Below, one piece after another: positions 38,892 to 50,810 of a stretch of 64,000 bases of DNA. Numbering within the stretch: the stretch's first letter is position 1; each line of letters starts with the position of its first letter. Made by a program: the position numbers and the translations under genes. The stretch covers positions 2,976,001-3,040,000 of the forward strand of contig NC_058374.1 in NCBI RefSeq assembly GCF_018350175.1. The letters run 5' to 3'. Below the pieces are notes generated by a model. That model had not been told where the DNA came from, searched no databases, and was given only the letters and a program-made list of their open reading frames with translations. This DNA is from Felis catus (taxonomy: Eukaryota).

Positions 38892-39301
38892 TTTAATGTT
38901 TATTTTATTATTTTTGAGACAGAAAGAGAGCATGAACGGGGAAGGGGTAGAGAGAGAGGGAGACACAGAATCAGAAGCAGGCTCCAGGCTCTGAGCCATC
39001 AGCCCAGAGCCCGACGCGGGGCTCGAGCTCACGGACCGCCAGATCGTGACCTGGCTGAAGTCGGACGCTTAACCGACTGCGCCACCCAGGCGCCCCTTAA
39101 TGTTTATTTATTTTTGAGATAGAGAGAGACAGAGCATGAACGGGGGAGGGGCAGAGAGAGAGGGAGACACAGAACCAGAAGCAGGCTCCAGGCTCTGAGC
39201 CATCAGCCCAGAGCCCGACGCGGGGCTCGAACTCACGGACCGCGAGATCGTGACCTGAGCCGAAGTTGGACGCTTAACCGACTGAGCCACCCAGGCGCCC
39301 C
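38892..39301 (-). mobile_element. Can-SINE (host element, tail interrupted by a younger SINE)
   Basis: Outer TSD CCATGTAGTACTATTTTT at 38874-38891 and 39302-39319. Confidence 0.96.
38906..39096 (-). mobile_element. Can-SINE, young variant nested in the tail of the previous one
   Basis: Inner TSD TTAATGTTTATTT at 38893-38905 and 39097-39109. Confidence 0.96.
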
Positions 39302-40986
39302 CCATGTAGTACTATTTTTAAGGAACAGACAACTCTTGCTTCGGAAGGCAAATGTTTAGAGGGAATGTGGAAGGCAATACAGCACCAGGAAGCTTCCTAG
39401 CAAACTCCCGTAGGACGCAGCATAAGCGGGAGTGTGTGCGGGCTGGTGAGTGGATCAAGGGGGGACTCCATTCGGAGACTCAGTTACGATGTAGAAGCTC
39501 CAGTCTCCAACCCGGGCTGCCTCCCACGGCGACGCGGATGTGTGCACGTCTCCCGTTGGGTCTCCCGACCAAACGCTCGCCATGCCCTGTGCCGTCCCCT
39601 TCCTCTTCAAGGAGGATGATACACAAATACACTAAAGGCACGTGTTGGTTTCCGTAACCAGACCTCTGTGTGTATCCTTCCTTATCCTTTCTTTTCTTGT
39701 CCTAGGACTTTTATAAAAATACCTTAGAGAGAGCGTTCTTATTATATGACCCCCCCCCTTTTCGCTACAAGAATAAAAACATTGATCACAGCTGGGGAAA
39801 CATAAATTCAAGAAGGAAGGAGGAAATTCCAGGGCCCCCTTCACGGACTTAGGCTGGTTTGTAAAGCCACCTGGGACTCCCGCCTTCCCCACAACCACCT
39901 GCAGAGGGCAGGTGTGGCTCCCAGGCCAGTCTGCCACTGTTTTCTCTGCTCACCCGCAGCAGGGACCCAGCTGAGCACATCAGGACCTGATGTTCTGAAA
40001 ATGAGGAGGCAGGAGAACTCTCACACTTTTTCTCTATTTCCTTCTGAGGGGTGCGGGGTGGGGTCTGGGGGGGCAGCTTTCAGATAAAAGGACAGAAATT
40101 TTAAAAACTTATCTGAAGCTGGGCTAGGGGAATTTTTGTTGGAATCCCATTGGTTCTGAATCTAACATAAAGAAGCACTAAATGGATGGGCCTGAGCATT
40201 AAGCAGGAACACATCCTAAATTATCTGTGAAGCTTAAATGACCCTGAATCTTACACGGAGCCGCACAATGTAACCAAAATACCTTGAAATAATACAAACC
40301 GTATTTTTGGTCCAACTGGACTCTGAATGACAGACAGCATTGCTCAACCAGCTGGCCTCCAAGCCTGTATATTTATCAGGAGAGTAAATTCTTTCTTAAA
40401 TATGCTAATCACATACTGAAATTCTCCAGTTCCCTTTTTATTTCCCTGTCCAACGACAAATAGTTGAATATTCCTTCTATTATGTTCTTTGCTTTCTTTC
40501 CACTTGTAGACATTTGCTTTTGTCTCTGGTATGGCAAGTGTCTTTAAAATTAAATTCCAGACGCTGCACACACACACACACAAAAAAATCACATCTAATC
40601 TGACACATTGAATTAAGTTTTCTCCCTCCTGGTAGGATTTTGCTTTACTTCTGGCAAGGCACATGCATGCAGCCTTAGACGAGGCACTGATTCAAACAGG
40701 AGTTTTAATTTCAATAAGCCCGGTCTCTGTCCTGTGAGGTGGCATGCTTGTGCATACCCGGGTGTTGGCAAGAACCCTTCTCTTCCCTGAGGGTTTTCAC
40801 TTCCTAGCCCCAGAGGGCTACCCCAATTCTGCTCACCCTCTCAGTCACCAGCCTTCTCTCCTGATGAGTTTCTCTACTGCTCCTCCTTTCAAATTGGGGG
40901 ACCCTCAGGGCAAAAACGTAGGCTCAAATGGTCCCTTCTCTCTGGGACCTTGACTCATTCTCGTGTCCAGTAGCTCTGATGCCTTC

Positions 40987-41335
40987 TGTGATGGGCTGAA
41001 TTGTCGTCCTGAAATTCAAATGTTGAGCCCTAACCTCCTTCCCCTACCTCCTGTGTGACCATGTCTGAAGATGGGGTGTCTGTAGGAAGCAATTAAGATT
41101 AGATGGGATCATAAGAGGGGGGCCCTGACCTAATAGGACTGTGATGTTCTGAAGGGAAGAAGAGAGAGGTACCTCTCGCTCTCTCTGCCAGGTAGGGACA
41201 ACAAAAGAGCAGCCGTCTACAATCCCGAAGACCATCCACAGAGCCTCGCCATGCCGCCACCCTGGTTCCAGGCCTCCAGGACTGTGAGAAAAGCTGTATC
41301 TGTTGTTTGTCAGGGCAGCCCAGCTGGCTGAGACA
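40987..41335 (+). mobile_element. MLT1B-like MaLR solo LTR
   Basis: TGTGATGGGCTGAATTGT start, ...GCTGAGACA end, 5-bp TSD CCTTC (40982-40986, 41336-41340). Confidence 0.88.
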
Positions 41336-43114
41336 CCTTCAGATCAGCATCTGGGCCCTTGTTCCTGCTTCCCAGCCTTCCTTGTTGTGGGCGGGAGGGC
41401 TGGCCGGCGACGAACTGGTCCGCCAGATGTAGTAGGGTTCTACGGCTGAAATGATATCACCGTGGGAGCCCCCGTCCCAAGTCTTTACAAAGGACAGAGT
41501 TGAGGATCCCAGGGCAGGTGTTTAATAGCGCTTGAGAAGCGAGGAAGAAGTCATCATCATAAAGTGACCAAATCCAGAACGTCTGAACCGGGTACACACA
41601 AAAATACGTCTAACGTTTAGCATAATTTCCAGCAGGAAATGGAATTGACAGTGCCTTTTTCAACGGGGGCTGACAGGAACTGCAAAGGGCCTGAGGTATT
41701 ACTCTGATCTGCAAGGTAACAGATTAGCCTGCTATGGTGTCACAGATGTTGGAGAAGATGAGTCAGGGAAACAAGATGATTTATCATTCAGAGAAGGAGC
41801 AGGTGACAGAGTGTCAGCACTTGTGTTAACGCCCTTTTCCTAAGCTCCAGCTCCCTCAGACACACGCGGAAAGGACCGGTCTGGTACACACAGGAGGCTA
41901 CGTTACAGCAGAGGGGCCCTGAGCCCAGGGACCCCGCCAGCCTTCTACGATGAGCATGGCCACCCTTGTCCCAGATGGAGACGTTATCTGGCCAGATGCT
42001 ACACAAGCTTTCTCCTCCAGAGGGGGACACCATCACTGTCTTTCAAGGCTGTTGGCTATCTAACCATGCTAGAAAAGATACCCTGGACGAAAGGGAAGTC
42101 AGTGTCTTTCCTTAGAAGTCCAGAAGCGCAGGAGACCCGTGGAGAACAGCCTTTTCAATGTGAAGGGGCGAATTCCTTAACACTGACCAGCCCACTCGAT
42201 ACAAATTTGCTGAGTTATGCCTCCAGCTGACTCTCAAGCATGGAGGTGCGAGTGAGGTGGATAGAGTCCAATGTCAGGAAGCCTGGGGGCCACAGAAGGT
42301 GACTTAAAGTCCTTTGAACTGTGCCCATTATGACTCATTCACTATGTTTCCAATGCTCTATTTTGTGATATGCTTTGTTGGTGTTCAGAGGTAAAGAAAA
42401 TCTATTTCCAAAAAACATTATGAGTTAACTAATACCTTCTGTTGCTCAACCCTATTTGTCAACTGATGTGTGCAATTCCTCAAAAGACCCTTCTCCTGCC
42501 ACACATATCCCAGGAGCACAATCTTCCAGATTTCGAAGGGAGTGTACTATCGGAATTTATCTCATACTGGTCTGTGGCCAAAGAGATCTAATGTATAATT
42601 CAGAGAAATGAAAGCTGTGTCTATATTATTATTACATCAAATATTTTGGCATTGACCTAAATGCTTGATTACATAATCCCACTGAAGTAAGTCAAATAGA
42701 TTTTTTTTAAATGACCTAACATTTGCAGAACAGTTTTTATTTAATCTTTGTAACAAAGCTTAGAGGGATGAATTATTTTCATTTCCATCTTATAGGTACC
42801 CACATGGGAAGTACAAAGTGATTATACAACCAACTCTGGATCATAAAGGTTAATAAGCGATTAATAAAAAATGACTTTCTCTTCATGTTTTTGTAATGCT
42901 GTCATACCATTGCAGCAATACTATTTTATTTTCTAAATTAGATGCAGTTTTCTTAACTACCAAGATGTATAAAAATACTAGCGAGAGACTCCCATACACG
43001 TTGTATATTTAAACAACTCTGGAGGTCAATATGAGGTTAGCCAAGCAGGAATTTTGAGATGTAAAAGACATAAACCCAGTTTTAAACCTTCTCTTCTCGG
43101 CGTGGCTGTCTCAG

Positions 43115-43690
43115 AGCAACCTGAGGGCCCACTGGTGGAAGAACGCAGAGGGCAGATGTGGTGCACACACGCACGCGCACACACGTGAAGATTATGCAGC
43201 CGTAAAACAAGACGACATCTTGCCACTTTGGACAACGTGGATGGACCCAGAGAGTAGTGTGCGAAGAGAAGTAAGTCAGACTGACAAAGATAAACACCCT
43301 ATGATTGCACTGATATGTGGAATCTACAAAACAAGGCAAACGAATGAACAAACACAAAGCAGAATCAGACCTATAAACACAGAAAACAAACCGATGGTAT
43401 CCAGAGGGAACGCGGGGTGAGGGGATGGGCCAAATGGGTCAAGGGAGATGGGAGATACCGGCTTCCTTTTTTCCAATGAATAAGTCACAGGAATAAAAGG
43501 CACGGCATTTGGAATATAGTCAATTACGTCGTAATACTGTTGTATGGTGACAGATGGTAACTACACTTACGGCGAGCAGAACAGAGCCTATAAAGAAGTT
43601 GCATCACTGTGCTGCACACCTGAAACTAACATAACGTGGTGTGTCAACTGTATTCCGATGTTAAGTTCCTTTTAAAAAATAAAAATAAAT
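43115..43690 (+). mobile_element. L1 3' end (ORF2 C-terminus plus carnivore-type 3' UTR), 5'-truncated
   Basis: ATCTTGCCACTTTGGACAACGTGGATGGACC (LPLWTTWMD), GTATGGTGACAGATGGTAACTACACTTA, ACACCTGAAACTAA, A-rich tail. Confidence 0.92.
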
Positions 43691-44627
43691 GAAAACCAAT
43701 GTTTTCTTCGATGGGGAGTGCCATAACCAAGTGCGTGGCTACCAGGTGATTGTTAATTTCAGAGCCCCAGGGGATGCTCACGCGGTCTCCTTATCTCTTC
43801 ACGCTACTCTGAGTTTACAAATTGATTTTTCGTATATGCAGCTCATGGAGTCTTGGCAGGAAATGATGGCACATTCAAGCTGAATAAAGAAGGATGGTTG
43901 ATAAAGTGACTATTTGCAAATATTGGTTGAGTTTTGGAAAGTATACTCAGGGCTGGTGCAGTCAACCAGGGCTGGTCACAGTGGGAGGCCCTTATGGCCC
44001 CTAACCTGTCAAAGTAGCAAAGAGAATGCTTACACAGAATCTGGGGGTGGGAGGGGTAGTTCCCTAGGTTATTTCTCTTCTTTGATTTATGTTATTTCCA
44101 GTATCTTAACATAAAAACCAGCATTTGGGGAGCATTCCTCTGAACGGGTTGTTTTTCACACTTCTGAATGTTTTCCTTAGGAACATTCTTAGACGTTAGA
44201 TGTGTAACTACATGTTCAGACCTCCCTGGCACCTGAACAAAAGCCTCCTGGTGGCAGCTTGGGGCATTCCTACCATTACCGTGAAGAACACGGTCCTTGG
44301 GGTCACATGTGACACTGTTCTCTCCCAGACCCGCCAAGATCCCCCCTGAGATCCTTCAGATGCCCCGTCCCAAGGACACGTTGCGAGGACAGTACTAAAC
44401 CAATGTGCTATGAAGTCACTCAGATTTCAAGTTAATTTATCCCCATAGCATTGTCCAGCCTATATTTATATAGACAGCATATGAACATACACGTAAAAAT
44501 GTATTGTTAATGACGGCAAAATTGCAAATTAAAAAATTTTTGTTTTCTATTTCTTATGTATTTGATAGTTTAAAAATTAACATACCTGGTATTATATGGA
44601 TATATGATTTATGTATGTTTGCACATT

Positions 44628-44843
44628 AAAATTTTTTTAACGTTTATTTTTGAGAGACAGGGACAGAGAGACAGAGAGCTAGAAAGGGAGGGGCAAAGAG
44701 AGAGGGAGACACAGAATCCGAAGCAGTCTCCAGGCTCCGAGCTGTCAGCACAGAGCCGGATGCTGGGCTAGAACCCACAAACTGAAAAATCATGATCTGA
44801 GCTGAAGTCGGTCGCTTAACTGACTGAGCCACCCAGGTGCCCC
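44628..44843 (-). mobile_element. Can-SINE, older
   Basis: Reverse SINE ending GCCACCCAGGTGCCCC. Confidence 0.95.
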
Positions 44844-44857
44844 GTATGCCCATTTTA

Positions 44858-45072
44858 AATTTTTTTTTTCAACGTTTATTTATTTTTGGGACAGAGAGAG
44901 ACAGAGCATGAACGGGGGAGGGGCAGAGAGAGAGGGAGACACAGAATCGGAAACAGGCTCCAGGCTCCGAGCCATCAGCCCAGAGCCTGATGCGGGGCTC
45001 GAACTCACGGACCACGAGATCGTGACCTGGCTGAAGTTGGACGCTTAACCGACTGCGCCACCCAGGCGCCCC
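44858..45072 (-). mobile_element. Can-SINE, young variant
   Basis: TSD GTATGCCCATTTTA at 44844-44857 and 45075-45088. Confidence 0.97.
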
Positions 45073-45448
45073 TGGTATGCCCATTTTAGAATGAACTTTA
45101 TTGATGAATTTGTGCTGAAAAGCCCTTGGGAATGCCCATGTAGGAAGATCCCAACAAATACGTGAAAAGTACCGAAATATCTGATGAAATGATTAATAAT
45201 GTGGTTTATAAAGAGGAAAAATCTAGATACAGCCAAATCAAAGACAAGGATTTTCTTCATAACATGCTGTTTTACTTTGAGAGGAAGTTTCTGGGAACCC
45301 CCCAAACGATTCAGCTTCCAGAATTCCAGCCTACCTGTAACTAATTTGGGGCTTTCAGATGTTGATTGGTGCTTCAAAGATTGATGACTTCAATTTTTAA
45401 TTTCCTTACCAAATGGAGGGTGAGATCCAGCATACGTACTTACCATGA

Positions 45449-45547
45449 ACCACAGCACGGAGCCCAGTTTGGGGCTTGAACCCACGAACCCTAGGATCTT
45501 GACCTGAGCCGAAAGCAAGAGTCAGGTGTTCAACTACCAGGTGCCCC
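45449..45547 (-). mobile_element. Can-SINE fragment (tRNA-derived part only)
   Basis: GGGGCTTGAACCCACGAACC...GACCTGAGCCGAAAGCAAGAGTCAG...CCAGGTGCCCC. Confidence 0.85.
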
Positions 45548-46407
45548 TGAGACTGAGACTTTTATTTGAACATACCAAGAGGCATCCACAGATGCCTATT
45601 GAGTGAGTGAGCAATAAACGCATGGATTCTACAGCCTGTCTGCCCTGTGGTGGGACTTCGGAACCATGTGATTCAGGAGTCGAACCGTACTGTCAGTTTG
45701 GCTGAAGAGGCAGCCATGGAGAAAGACAGGGATGGAGCGTGGCCCGCTTACGTGAGCCCTGAGTTCCTACACCTCTGCATCTGGGAACTTCCAAACCATG
45801 TGGCCCATGGCCCCGAGCCTGGCAGGTGAATGTTCTCTGGGGCTTCACCACTTACAGAATAAAGAGACATACACCGAGCAATCGCTTTGTAGATCCGAGA
45901 TTTCAGCCAAAGACTGTAGTAAGGCAGAATAAATAATCATAATTATAATAATACAAAGATTTGGTGATTTTTCCCCAAAGGAACTATTGACACAAATCCC
46001 ACATTTCTTAATCCCCGAGCCCCGGAACCAGCACGCCCAGTGGAGAATGGAAAGAATTGCCGTGTGGAGTCGGGGTGAGGAAAGAACTGGAATGTAGGTC
46101 AGCCATCTGCTCGGGTCTCAAGGACTTGGTTCCAAAGAGGAGCCAAACTCCTAGAAACTAAGGGTTTTACAGGTCGATGATCCCTTTTCTTTCCCTCCCT
46201 TGGAAATTCTCTTACCCTATGTGTGATTGTGTCATAATTTCTGACGTTCTAAACCCACCCCACCTTCCTACTCCCCAATATATTCTATTGTAGTTTCTCC
46301 ATGATGATTCAAATTTCAAAATATCCCCTAAATCAGACCATTCTTCAAGGGAAAATATTGAAAATCTATACCACCACCCCATCTCTGAGAATACCAGCAC
46401 ATTTTTT

Positions 46408-46624
46408 ATCATTTATTTTTTTTAATGTTTATTTACTTTTGAGAGAGAGAGACCGAGTGCCAGTGGGGGAGGGGCAGAGAGAGAGGAAGACACAGAATCC
46501 GAAGCGGGCCCCAGGCTCCGAGCTGTCGGCACGGAGCCTGACGTGGGGCTCGATCTCATGAATTGCGAGATCACGACCTGATCCGAAGTCAGACGCTTAA
46601 CCAACTGAGCTACCCAGGTTCCCC
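46408..46624 (-). mobile_element. Can-SINE
   Basis: Reverse SINE; degenerate TSD CAGCACAT. Confidence 0.95.
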
Positions 46625-46649
46625 CCCACCCCTCAGCACATGTTTTAAA

Positions 46650-46861
46650 TCGGCGCTTGGTAAACGAAAGCCATGGTCCAAGCCCACCTGTGTGACCGTC
46701 CAGATGACCTTTGTTGGGTCATGTGCATGCCCGTCCGTTTAGGTTTGTGGCTGCTTTCGCACTGCAGGGGAGGCCTGCTGGTGAGGATAGAGACCATAGC
46801 GCCCACCAAGCCTGAGATTCTTACCATCTGGGCCTCTACCAAAACCACTTGCCGGCCCTTG
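46650..46861 (+). mobile_element. MER58A-like hAT MITE
   Basis: TGGCTGCTTTCGCACTGCA...AGAGACCATAGCGCCCACCAAGCCTGAGATTCTTACCATCTGGGCC...TTGCCGGCCCTTG. Confidence 0.75.
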
Positions 46862-47057
46862 TTTTAAATAATCATAACTTATGTCTTATTTTATTTGTCT
46901 TTGACGAATATCATGAGTTAAAGCTGTTTCAATTGCTACAGAACAAACTGCATCCTGAAGGCCAGGGTGGGGAGTTCAGGGATCACCGCGGGAGACTGGC
47001 TGATCTCTGGAAGGCCAGCCACAGTCGTGGGACTCTAGCTGCCTGAGTGCATGATGC

Positions 47058-47215
47058 CACCTGTCTGTGCCTCAGTTACCCAGTCTGGAAGGTGGGCTTC
47101 CGGGTCATACCCACCTCCTAGGAAGCTCTTGAGAATTTTACACAATAGAGTATAAAAATATGTAGCACAGTGTTTGGCACATATGAAGGGTTTAAAATTA
47201 TTATTTTTTAATGTC
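47058..47215 (+). mobile_element. MIR remnant
   Basis: TCTGTGCCTCAGTTACCC...TAGCACAGTGTTTGGCACATA. Confidence 0.75.
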
Positions 47216-47559
47216 TCATTATAGACACACACACACACACACGTGCAGACACCACCCACTGAAATGGAAGGTGAACGACTTCCCAAACATAATTATGACG
47301 TTACCAGCACAAGTTTACGCTCGTAATTGGTGAGAGTCACGGGAATAAGTCTGTCCTGGCTTCTCGTCGAGATTTCGCCCTGCATCAGATAAGTTTCTGA
47401 GTACGAGAAATGAAGAAGACAGAAAGAAATGCCGTGTTGGCATTCTGCGAGTTCCGCCAAAGGACTGGGAAAAATTGTGGAAGACTGGACAGAAACTACC
47501 TCCGTGTACTATTATGTGCACTAGCTTCTAAGAGCCGTAGTTAAGATTTTAAAAATAGC

Positions 47560-48500
47560 CAATTCTGTAGAAAGTCTCATTATGTTATGGTAACCAGGCA
47601 TTCTCTACCTCATGGGCAAACATTAATCTTCCCAGCAAATGATACGGTAAGTGAATCGGAAAGGAGGGGGACAATAGGAGAGAGAGAGAGAGAGAAAAAA
47701 AAGACAAAGAATATTTTAAAAAACACTTTCGGTAATGTTTAAAATGTACCTCGTCTGGGGATTCATTGATTTTTATTCTTTAAAACAAGGCCTTTTTTAT
47801 TTTCAAATATGACATGTGCATTATTCAGCCAACTAAACGGCAGTACGAGTTGTTGCCGACTATATCATCAATTCTGTTTTAATCTTCCCTGGGTACTGGA
47901 GTGAAACATGCTGAGCTGTAGATTTCCTGTGCTGTGGCAGGAGGAATTTGCTAAGCAATATCGCCCCTTTTCCTGGAGGTGTTCAGACCCGCCTTGCCTC
48001 TGGAGCTCATCCTCCGGCACCTGGGGGACGCGGCCAGGTGCCTGGGAACCACGGCATGTCACAGTGTGTGCTCCATTGATTAACCGTGAAAACAGTAATG
48101 GAACCGCCATTGATCCCTGAAATGGCTCCTCCGAAATCCTTTAGGACGTCCGCAGGGTCACTACTCATGTTCCGTGGTGAGGATAAGCTTCAAGCTATCT
48201 GACTGCTTGCCAACTGCCACCTGCAAAAAACTGCTTACCTTTCCATTACCAGCTTAACAATCGCCTGCCGGAGAGGGAGCGTAGGAAAAATAGATAAAAA
48301 AGCTCCCGAACTTCACAAACTGCCGAAGGAGTCATCTGCACGACCGAGTTTGAGAATTTTCAGTCTGGAAAATAACTCTCGTGCTCACCGGGAAGTAAAA
48401 TGTGACTCAGTCTCTCGTTTTGAATTTCCAGAATTTAACGGTAAAAAAGTGACTACATTGGGACGCCATATTTAACTTTTCAAAGCTCTTTCGTATCGTC
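47560..48500. promoter_or_regulatory. candidate enhancer block
   Basis: Repeat-free; CCATTGATTAA, CCATTGAT, CATCAAT, TGACA/TGTCA and AP-1-like TGACTCA/GAGTCA sites. Inference only. Confidence 0.35.
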
Positions 48501-48624
48501 TCCACTTGCCTGTTTCTCAGGGTTTTTATACAGGGACAACTTCTAAAAATAAGGAAAACCATGTCTAAGAAATATTAAGAGGCTATGTGAGAACCACTAA
48601 AGGCAGAACTCTAAGTCAGATCTC

Positions 48625-48820
48625 CCATCCACCCAGACAGACGGCCAGCCACCTGCTAACCATCCATCCACCCGCCAACCCAGCCAGCCCGCCACCTATA
48701 TACCCATTCATCCATCCATCCATTCACCCATCTACCATCTACTCACCGTTCCACACACCCACCCATCCACCTACCCTCCACTCACCCATCCATCCATCCA
48801 CCCACCCACCCACCCATTTT
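48625..48820. repeat. degenerate (CCAT)n/(CCAC)n repeat
   Basis: Read directly. Confidence 0.85.
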
Positions 48821-49127
48821 CACTGAGTCACTGACAAGTACAATGATGTGTAAAAATTTTCTTTTCCTATTATTTCAGCCAAATCCATGATAGGTTAGCA
48901 ATAACAACAAAACCTATACATGCTCCAGGGAAATTCAGAAAAAGTGCCTCATCTATGCAGAGAATGTACATACATCACCATGTCTCTCTACCACCAGCCT
49001 AAACTATTCTGCGTGAACGAGAAGAATGTTTAGAAGCACTTAAATTATAAGCATTCACTATGGCTACAAAACACGCACAGGGAACAACTTACTGAGTCTT
49101 CGGTGAATGGTTCCATTCCAGCACGAG

Positions 49128-49524
49128 CTTTTTTCATTATCGTTTAGAAAACATAACATAAGATCACTCTCTTAACAAATTTTTAAGTGTTCAATAGTTA
49201 GTTAGCAATACTATATTTAACCATTACATGTATATATTGTTATACCTAACAATATAGTATTGTTAACTGTAGCACCAGGTTGTACAGCAGATCTCTAGAA
49301 CTTATTCATCTTGTTTAATTGAACCTTTATGCCCACTGAACCACGTCTCCCCTTTTCTCCCCACCGCTGCCCTTGGAAACCACCACCCTACTCTCTGCTT
49401 CCATTACCTTGATAATTTTTCTTTCTGTGACCAGCGTATTTCATTCAGCATAATGAGTGCCAGGTTCCTCCACGTTTCCGTGTATGGTAGGCTTTCCTTT
49501 GTTTATAAAGTTGGATAATGTCAC

Positions 49525-49565
<41 letters not shown>

Positions 49566-50013
49566 ATCCTCACGTTTTCTTCATCCGCTCATCCACGAAT
49601 GGACAGTTAGGTTGTTTCCACATCTCAACTCTTAGGAATGGTGCTGCAGTGAACATGACAGTGCAGACATCTCTTCAAGGCCCTGATTTCAATTATTTTT
49701 GATGTATACCCAAGAGTGAAATTGCCGCATCACTTGATAGGTTTTTAAATTTTTTTTTGATTAAAGTCTCCATATTGTTTTCCATAGCAGCAGGACCATT
49801 TTGCATTCCCATCAACAATGAACAAGGGTTCTAATTCTTTACATCTTTGGCAATGCTTACCTTTTTTTTTCCAAATAATAGCCATCCTAGCAGGTTCAAG
49901 GTGATCTGTCATTGTGGCTTTGATTGGCACCTCCCTGATGACTGGTGATGTTGAGCACATTTCCATGTACCTGGTGGCCATTTGTATGTCTTCTTTGGAG
50001 ACATTTCTATTCA
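49128..50013 (-). mobile_element. L1 (L1MA-like) 3' end, antisense, containing (TG)n at about 49527-49563
   Basis: GTTGTACAGCAGATCTCTAGAACTTATTCATCTTG, TTTTGCATTCCCATCAACAATG, GGCCATTTGTATGTCTTCTTTGGAG. Confidence 0.92.
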
Positions 50014-50385
50014 AATACTGGCATAAAGACACACATAGAGATTAAGAACAGGATAGAGAGCCCATTAATACACCCACACATACGTGGTCAGTTGATCTCT
50101 CATAAGAATACACAATACAAAGAGCCAAGATACACAATGGGGAAAGGATAGTCGCTTCAACAAATGGCAGTTGGGAACATATCCATATGCAAAAGAATGA
50201 GATTGGACCCCCAATTTAAACCATACACACACACACACAAAACCAAATCAATATGGATGAAAGACTAAAACCTAAGTCCTGAAACTGTAAAACTCTTTAA
50301 AGAAAGCATATAAGAAACAGCTTCTTGACTTTCGTCTTGGCAATGATCTCATGGACGAGAGCAAAACACACGTATTTTGAAAATG
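50014..50385 (+). mobile_element. L1 ORF2 segment, inverted relative to the adjoining L1 3' end
   Basis: TACTGGCATAAAGAC...ACACAATGGGGAAAGGATAGTCGCTTCAACAAATGG...CCTGAAACTGTAAAACTC...TCTTGGCAATGAT. Confidence 0.9.
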
Positions 50386-50639
50386 CAACTGAGACACGTT
50401 ACATGCAGAGGGAAAACTGCCTGGGGACACGTGGGCAGCAGGGAGACCACTAGGAGGTTAGCGTGGCCAGCTGGGAAAGCCTCGGGGCTGGCTCGTCTTG
50501 GATCAGCAACAGGAAGATGGAAAGAACCTAGCAAATTGATCTTTACTTTGGAGGCAAACAAAACTCGGAAAACACCACCAGAGTCAGGATCCCTACTGCC
50601 CCTGTGACTAACACAACACAATAGACTTCCTGAAGTCTG

Positions 50640-50810
50640 TCACTGGATTTCCATAAGCTTCAGGGTCATTACCTGCAAAAAGAAAACAGATCGTATCTGC
50701 TTTTTCAGACAGATGTAAAGATTGGAAGCGACACATGTATAGCATGTCTTAGGATTGTGGCTGCACATAGTAGGGGTTTCTCAAGTCACTTGTCCATTCC
50801 TCCATCCATT
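50640..50810 (+). mobile_element. MIR remnant
   Basis: CTTCAGGGTCATTACCTGCAAAA...GTAAAGATT...GCACATAGTAGG. Confidence 0.45.

Noticed and set aside
42796-42848. 53-bp plus-strand micro-exon candidate (YPHGKYKVIIQPTLDHK)
   Set aside because: Donor GTTAAT is poor and the segment is too short to support without transcript data.
3744-46604. Recurring ORFs such as GAWVAQSVKRPTSAQVMISR... and RETEHERGRGRERGRHRI
   Set aside because: Translations of Can-SINEs, not a gene family.
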